Assembly (NCBI GenBank): GCA_050613775.1
Contig: JBODTK010000117.1
Span: forward strand, 310,001-374,000
Origin: Neocallimastix sp. 'constans'
Lineage: Eukaryota
Direction: 5' to 3'
Length of the DNA: 64,000 bases
Each line of letters begins with the position of its first letter. Within the stretch, counting starts at the first letter, position 1. Both the position numbers and the translations under genes were made by a program. The notes under the pieces are model-generated. The model worked only from the letters and a program-made list of their open reading frames with translations. It searched no databases and had not been told where the DNA came from. Shown here piece by piece: positions 55,731 to 64,000 of the stretch.

Positions 55731-56245
55731 TGCTTATAAAATGAATAAAATTTTATTTATAAAGAGGTTATATTTTTTAATAATAATATTTTATGGGTCA
55801 TTTTACAATAAATATGATTGGATAGAATAATTTTATCTATCATTAATTTCATCAAGGTAAATTTTATTATATATTTATAATTTATATATTTTAAATAATC
55901 TACAATATTAGCATAAATAATTAAGTTGAATGGCTTTAATAATAATACTTTAAAAATTTTTTATATTTTTTAAAAAAAAAGAGAAGAAAAAAAAAAAAAG
56001 GAAAAAAAAAAGTTTAATGTAAAATAAGAATTTTTTTTCATTTAAGGAATATATATATATATATTTTTATTTAATTATCGATTTTTATATGTTAATCATT
56101 TTTCTTATTATAATAAATATTGATAAATATATAACGCCTTTATTATTTTTATTTTATTTAATTTTTTCTTTAATAGATATTCTTTCTTTAATTTTTTTTT
56201 TTTTTTTTTTTTAAAAAATATAATAGTAATAACAATAAATATTTT

Positions 56246-56282
<37 letters not shown>

Positions 56283-56467
56283 AAATAAAAATAAAATAAA
56301 ATAAAATAAAATATTAAATAATTATTATAATCTATTATATATATATATTATTTTATTTTATTTTTTTGGTATGTTTATTATTTCTTTTTTTTTTTTTTTT
56401 TTTTTTTTTTTTGTTTTTGTTTTTGTTTTGTTTTATTTTGATTTTCTTTCCTCCTTCTGATTGTAAC

Positions 56468-57861
56468 CTACTTTTTATTGGTGGATGATGGGAAACAATT
56501 CTTACAGAGAACTAGGTGGTCCTCCGTTATCCTATATAAATCATTAATATTTTTATCTTTACCTCCGGTGATCACCAGTTTAGATATAGGATTTTTACAG
56601 TGACTACAAAATACATGATTAATATGATAAAATTTATCCTCTATTCTTACTCTCCTAGTAAACTTTGGTCCAAATTTTTGAATAAAACTTTTTTTACAAT
56701 AATCACAATGGGAGGCAACACTAATATGATCGGTACAATAGGGTATATTATCAATGGATTGGAAATCTTCACCATTTAATTTTTTATGACATATCTTAAT
56801 AGATAAAGTATTAAATTTAACATATATATATATATATACATTTAATTGTTGGTTTGTTTTTTATTATTTATTTATAAACATATATAATAAATATATTTAA
56901 TTGTTGGTTTGTTTTTCATTTTATATATATATATATAATGAATGTATTTAATTGTTGATTTGTTTTTCATTATATATATATATAATGAATATATTTAATT
57001 TTAATTTTAAATATATTAAAAGAATAGGTTAAAGTTTTAATAAATAGAATATATATATATATATATAAAGCAATAAAGTTAATAAATAATTTAGTATTGA
57101 ATTGAAAAAAAAAATATATATATATACATATATATATATATAGAGAGAGAGAGAAATAACAATAATATAAAAAAATATATATAAATATATAAATAAACAT
57201 ACATCACAAACAAAACAATTAGAATGCCATGTTTGACCAAAAGCTTGTATTTCTTCTTCGATGCAACTGATAGGTTGAAGACATTTATCACAGATGGTGT
57301 CCGATATCATTCCAATATCCTGATCACAATAAAATCTTCCTCGAAATTTGTTGGCTCCTTCATCCCCAATGGCTCTCTTACATACTGCACAGAATACATG
57401 ATTCATATGCCATTTTTTACCAAAGGCAACAATATATTCCTTTTCAATAAATAGTTTAATATTATTAATATGATGATTATTCATTTTCATTTTCATTTTC
57501 ATTTTCATTTTCATTTTCATTTTCATTTTCATTTTCATTTTCATTTTCATTTTCATTTTCATTTTCATTTTCATTTTCATTTTCATTTTCATTTTCATTT
57601 TCATTTTCATTTTCATTTTCATTTTCATTTTCATTTTCATTTTCATTTTCATTTTCATTTTCATTTTCATTTTCATTTTCATTTTCATTTTCATTTTCAT
57701 TTTCATTTTTTCATTTTCATTTTCATTTTCATTTTCATTTTCATTTTCATTTTTATATTATTTTGTTTTTGTTATATATATAATTAGTATTGTTTTGATT
57801 TATATATTATTCAGATTCATAAATTATTACATAATAATTATATTAATTTGTATTTTTTAAA

Positions 57862-57902
<41 letters not shown>

Positions 57903-59043
57903 TATATTTAATTAAAAATTTATAATTTTATTTAGATTTACACCATGTTATTATATATATATATATATAAATAACATAGTTTAATAAAATATCAATTTTT
58001 TATTTATATCTCTAGAGATCAAAATTATTATTACAATTTTATACTTACTTTTTCCATAATCATTTCATTACAGTAACCACATATTTTACCAGATCTTCTG
58101 TTATAACAATCATCACAGTATGGCATATCATTATCATAATATTTTTGTACCCCTCGAGGAAGTGGACATCGACATTCATTACATACAAAGTGTTGCGGAT
58201 GATAATATCTATTTCTAAAACCCAAAAATTTACCAGAAATACCTTTTAAACAATATTCACAATAAATCGGTTTAGATGGATCTGGTGTAAATATTTCGTA
58301 TTTTTCCATAATTTGTTCATTATTAGGAATAGTAAGATTGGATGTACTTTTAAACTTTATATGACTACTACTACTCATACTATTCATACTACTCATACTA
58401 CTTGTATTCCTATTTAAATTTATATCTTTTTTTTTTAAACTACTAAACTTTGGATCTTGATGATGATGATTTGTTATATTAAGATTAGAATCAATACTAA
58501 AACTACGTATATTTCGACCATTCTTTAATTCTTCTCTAATTGAATGTATAATGGAATCAATACTTGCATTACGAGCATTTCTATCATCACTATTATTATC
58601 TCTTTCTATACTATTATCTTTATTATTTTCATTATTTTCATTATTACTTCCATTATTTGTATTATTTTCATTATTACTTTTATTATTTGTATTATTTTCA
58701 TTATTTATCTTATTTTCATTAGTTGTATTATTTTCATTATTACTTCCATTATATGTATTTTTTTCATTTTTATTAGATTCATTAATACTACTACTGCTGC
58801 TACTATTGTTTTCATCACTTTTTTTCTCATCTATTATTTTTAGAAGAGAATCAACCGTAGAGTTATTCTTTAATCTATTTTCATTTTTCAATTCATTTCT
58901 TATGGAATTGACGATAGAATCCACATTGGAACTTGCAATATTTCTACAGTTCTCCTCACTTTGCAAAATTAATGAATTAAAATCCGTTATTATGGATTCC
59001 TCCTTCAATTTTTTATCGGATTCATTAATTTCTTGGAATTCAT
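56468..59043 (-). CDS. Paxillin-like protein with four LIM domains; exons 59043-58049, 57439-57203, 56794-56468; first exon(s) not identified
   Basis: Four CxxC..H..(H/C)..CxxC..Cxx(C/D/H) LIM domains read in frame across two GT-AG introns. The N-terminal Asn-rich region has repeated VDSIVNSI, VDSLLKII and IDSIIHSI motifs reminiscent of LD motifs. Ends in TAG. Confidence 0.88.
57478..57752. repeat. (TTTTCA)n intronic microsatellite
   Basis: About 45 units; source of the spurious MKMKMK and FHFHFH ORFs. Confidence 0.97.
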
Positions 59044-59629
59044 CTATAGAATTAAATATATATGTATTTTTTATTATTGTTATTATTGTTATTATTATTG
59101 TTATTATTGTTATTATTGTTGTTATTATTGTTATTGTTGTTATTGTTGTTATTTTTGTAATTTTTAATTTGTTTTATTTAAAAAATATTTACATATATAC
59201 ATTTATATATTTCATATAGAGAACACAAATTAGTATAATATTTAATAAAGTATTTATTTTTTTTATATTAATATTTATAGGAATAAATATATATTAAAAA
59301 GATATATATATATATTTAAAAAGAATCATAAATTATAATGAAAAAAATAAAGATAGTAAATAATATCTATTATATTTATACCAAAATAACTCATTTTATT
59401 TAATTTTATTTTATTTTATTTTATTATTTTTTTTTTTTTTTCATTTATTTTAACAACTGTATCATCAAATATATAAATATATAGTTTATATACGAAGTAG
59501 GGTTTTATTTACAATGATCGATATATAAAAGTTAATACTTTCAAAAGTTATTATTTAATTTTCATAAATTAAAAAAGTATTAACATATTATCTATTACTT
59601 TTCATAAATTGAAGAAAATATATTATATT

Positions 59630-59723
<94 letters not shown>

Positions 59724-60519
59724 TTGATGATTAAATATATTTAAAGTTTTTTTCATATTCATAATTAATATTACATAATTAATATATATATATAATGTTT
59801 TTTATACTATAGGGTAAATAATAATTTAGGTTTTATTATTGAATAAAATTTATAATGATTTCTTTATTTAATTAATTTATGTAATTATTATCATTTTTTA
59901 TTTATTTTTAATATTTTAATTATTATTATTATTTTGATAAGAATTCATAAAATCATCTATAATTATTGGCATACTTTAAACGTATATTATTAATTAAATT
60001 GTATCAATTTTAAAAAAAAAAAAAAAAAAAAAACTATATTTTTACTCAAATTTAAATTTAAAAATATAATATCCAGGATCATCATTATTTTTTATATATA
60101 TATATATATATAAAATAATATTTTGAAATAAAATAATTTATTACAAATTATATAAAAACAGAAAATAAAATATATATATTTATTATATATGTCTTTTTAT
60201 ATCTTTTTATTAATATTAATGATATAAAAAAAAAAAAATTAATAATATTCTTTAAATAGTTCATTTTATTATAAAATTGTAAATTATAAATTTCTTTAGA
60301 ATACTTATACATATATATTACATATATGTGTTATTTTAATTTATATTATTTATATCATGTCAAAAAAAAAAAATAAAAAAAAAAAAATAAATAAATAAAT
60401 AATTGACCATATATGGATATAATATAATTATAAAAATTTAAAATTATTTTAAAATCTATATACATGTTAAGTCTTTTTTTTTTTTTTTTTTTTTTTTATT
60501 TTTTTTTATCGCATAATTT

Positions 60520-60580
<61 letters not shown>

Positions 60581-60662
60581 TAAATTATAATAAATAAGAA
60601 AAATTAAAAATTATTATTCATTATAATATTATTACTTTTTTTATCCTATTTATTTATTTATT

Positions 60663-60707
<45 letters not shown>

Positions 60708-61193
60708 TATTATTACTGTGATCAAATATCAATGATGATTACTTTATAATTTTTTTTTATTAATCTCTCATTACATAAAATCATCAATTTTTGAATATCT
60801 TATTACTGTCATTATTAATTCCTTTCTTTAATAACATAATTAAAGATTTATATTTATATATATAATTATAATTATAATTATTGTTTTATTTTATTTCTTT
60901 ACTTTTATAAAAAATTATATATATATATATATTCATTTTGAAATGGGGAAATATTAAAAGTTATATATATATATATATATAATATGAATAAATAACATAG
61001 TATGATATAGAAAATTAAATAAAAAAAAAAAAAAAAAAAAAGAAAGAAAGAAAAGAAAAAAATTAAAAGAATAAATATGAATAAAATAGATAGATATACT
61101 TTTTCTTCTTCTTCCTTTATATGCATATATATTACTATTATACTCTATTTTTTTTTTTTTTGTTTTCATTATCATATAATATTCAATTAAATA

Positions 61194-61199
<6 letters not shown>

Positions 61200-61240
<41 letters not shown>

Positions 61241-61466
61241 GTCTCAATTAATTAAAATCTTTTAACTTTATTTATTTACTCATTTATTAATTATATAAAT
61301 ATATTTTTTTTTAAAAAAAAAAAAAACACTCAATTAATAAATATATAAATAAGAAAATATGATTTGTCCTATTAGAAAATAATAGTATTTAGAATAGTAA
61401 CGTGAAATAAAAAGTAATATTCAAAAAGTAAAGTGTATATAAATAAATTCATAAAAAGAAAGAAAG

Positions 61467-61505
<39 letters not shown>

Positions 61506-62400
61506 ATAGGCATCGAATCTCACCACAAAAATTATAAGATTTCTGTTTTAAAAAGGGAATTCTTATTCCGAATTAGGGTTTTGAATTGACGATCTGAAAG
61601 AAATTTTGGTCTTTTCCTTCACAGAGGCATTGACTCTGCTTGCTTGTCTTACTGGCTTTTCAGCGTTGACACTCCTGGTTGATTTTGCGCTAATACCATA
61701 GGAATAGTAAACCCTTGTTGAGTACTAAGCTCAAGGCATAATTTTTGAAAAGAAAGCCATAAATCACAGCAAGAATGACACATTTAGAATAATCACTAGA
61801 AATGATTTGATTCTTAAATATCCCATCCCATCCCATCCCATTCCTTTTTTATTTTTATTTTTTTTTTTTTTAATAATAATTTAAATCAATAATGTTTGCA
61901 TTCTCTTCCACCAAGAAGGAAGTTATATCATCGGTACCACATCATATATATATATATATATTTACATATTCATTATTCAGAAAATTACTAATATTAACAT
62001 AATTTTCACCAATTGACCTATTCACTACATTTATTAGTAACGATATTATTATTTTTCACGATCACTAATATTAATATTCCTATTTTCAATATCAATACTA
62101 TTACTTTTATTAAATAATATTACTTTTATTGTTATTAATATTAATATTATATACTTCGTTACTACTATCAGAACTTGATTCTACATTATTTATATTTGCG
62201 ACAATAGGGTTCACTTTATAATTTGATATTGGACAATATTTAAAAATCACAAAAATATTTTTCATAAAGAATTTCAATATCCATAAAATATTTCTTTTGA
62301 AATTCATGGAAAAAGTAAGCATTTAGATAATTGATGTTCCAATCGAGAATTACTATTTTCTCTATAACAAGGACAGCTTTCTGGATAGTCGTCTTCAATC
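61200..62400 (-). mobile_element. Diverged LINE 3' remnant (same family as 10052-11100)
   Basis: Poly(A) at ~61200-61237; shares TAGTAACGTGAAATAAAA, TTAGGGTTT..GAATTGAC, TTTTCAGCGTTGACACTCCT and TGTTCCAATCGAG with 10052-11100. Confidence 0.85.
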
Positions 62401-63157
62401 ATATCATAATAAATAATTGGGGATTATAAAATAATTATAGAAATAAAATAAAAAATATATATATATATATCTATTATTATAATTTTCTTATATCAATAAC
62501 TTTTTTTTTTTTTTTTTTTTTAAATTATAATTTTTTTCATATAAATAATTTTTTTTTTTCTATTTTTTTTTTTTTAATTTTATAAATTCATCATTAAAAT
62601 ATATATTAATTTATAAATAATTATTTTCAATTACTAAAAATTTTTTTTATTTTTTTTTTTTTTATTTTTTATTCTTTATTTTATTTTATTTTTTTTTTCT
62701 ATTATTATTTTATTATTTATTTAATTTATTTATTATAATTACAATGAGAAATGTTTTTTCATTTTTTTTAATTAGTATTAATTATTTTTTTTTTTTTTTT
62801 TTTTAAATTAATTTCCTGTATTTTATTTATTTATTTATTTATTTATTTATTTTATACTATTTTATATTATATTATTTTATTTTAATTTGTTTTGTTTTAT
62901 TTTATTTGTTTAATCTTTTTAATAAAATTATATATATTATTTAATTTTATTTTATTTTTATTTTATCTTATTTATTTTAAGGATCAAAAATATTATTATT
63001 ATTATTATTATTAGTGTTAAATTTAATGTGGAAAAAAAAATTAAAAGTTCTTTAAATTATTATTGATAATTATTATTATTATTACTATTATTATTATCAT
63101 GAAAACTAATTTGTTATTTTTTATTATTATTATTATTTATCATGATAACAAATTAAG

Positions 63158-63192
<35 letters not shown>

Positions 63193-63202
63193 AAAATAAA
63201 AT

Positions 63203-63237
<35 letters not shown>

Positions 63238-63305
63238 TCATAAAGTTTTTTTTTTTTTTTTTTTTTTTTAAGGGTAATTAGATATAGTATTATAGTTAAA
63301 TTAAC

Positions 63306-64000
63306 TTATAAAAATCCAGATTCTTGAAGTTTTCTAGCAATAACTTCATCTTCTCTTTCTCTTGGTTCTAAAATAAGTGACATATTATATAGAGTAGTTT
63401 CATCAACGGTTTCATTTAAGCATTTTAGTACGAAATCGCATATTTCTTTAACAGGATTTAAATTATATGGTTGATTTTGGTATTGCTGAATTTCTCTAAT
63501 GACTTCTGCGGTTTTATTTTGTTTACTGAAATTAATAAGTTGATTATTTGTTTTTAAGTTATTAGTATTACCATCTTCAATGAAGGTTAAATCAGTTAAA
63601 TAAACACCAAGGAATGGTACACATGGTGGGTTAACAGAGTGAAGATTTTCACGATATTGAGCATAATTCTTTTGTGGATTCATAATTTCTTCAAGATTAT
63701 CAAACATATCTTTCATCTTCTTTGATAATTGTTCCCATGTACGCTTTAATCTATGAATTGGTGATGAATTAAAACCTGCAAGAATAGACATAACAGTATT
63801 GAAATTATTTAAGCTATAACATCTGTCGGCAACCAAGATGAAATGCTTTAAAACATTACAACGACGTTTTAATTCATTTTCTCTTAAAATAGCAGTAGCG
63901 ACCCAACCGGTAGTTTTATTCGAAAATTCAATCATAGCCTTAACATTTATAGCTGGAGAATTTTCCCTTTCAGACCAAGCTTTATTTAAACATTCAATAG
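63306..64000 (-). CDS. Ras guanine-nucleotide exchange factor (Cdc25/SOS-type catalytic domain), 3' part; gene runs off the window
   Basis: LNNFNTVMSILAG..IHRLKRTW, PPCVPFLGVYLTDLTFIEDGN and LINFSK are RasGEF signature motifs. The frame continues to the window edge. Confidence 0.95.
   Translation of the reverse strand, partial: IECLNKAWSERENSPAINVKAMIEFSNKTTGWVATAILRENELKRRCNVLKHFILVADRCYSLNNFNTVMSILAGFNSSPIHRLKRTWEQLSKKMKDMFDNLEEIMNPQKNYAQYRENLHSVNPPCVPFLGVYLTDLTFIEDGNTNNLKTNNQLINFSKQNKTAEVIREIQQYQNQPYNLNPVKEICDFVLKCLNETVDETTLYNMSLILEPREREDEVIARKLQESGFL

Noticed and set aside
57029..57787. ORFs with MKMKMK or FHFHFH runs
   Set aside because: Translation of an intronic (TTTTCA)n microsatellite; only 57439-57203 is a real exon.

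Overview
Extremely AT-rich, intron-rich eukaryotic DNA. Composition, intron style, the subtilisin remnant and the NEDD1 plus full-Alu SRP RNA content suggest an anaerobic gut fungus (Neocallimastigomycota); this is inference. The first 20.5 kb is a transposon graveyard: a tRNA-headed SINE-like element with a TSD, a subtilisin pseudogene, a decayed Ty1/copia element and a 13 kb same-strand nest of APE-type LINEs that ends about 130 bp from a tRNA-Cys gene. Host genes follow: nucleoside diphosphate kinase, a Crz1-like C2H2 transcription factor, NEDD1/GCP-WD (12 exons, two micro-exons), an intronless bacterial-looking sodium:solute symporter, SRP (7SL) RNA, a 4-LIM paxillin-like protein and the 3' end of a RasGEF. 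The standout signal is in the NDK gene: its stop lies in the readthrough context TGA-CTAG and is followed by a 64-codon in-frame extension ending in Cys-Cys plus a polybasic tail, which predicts a membrane-targeted readthrough isoform.
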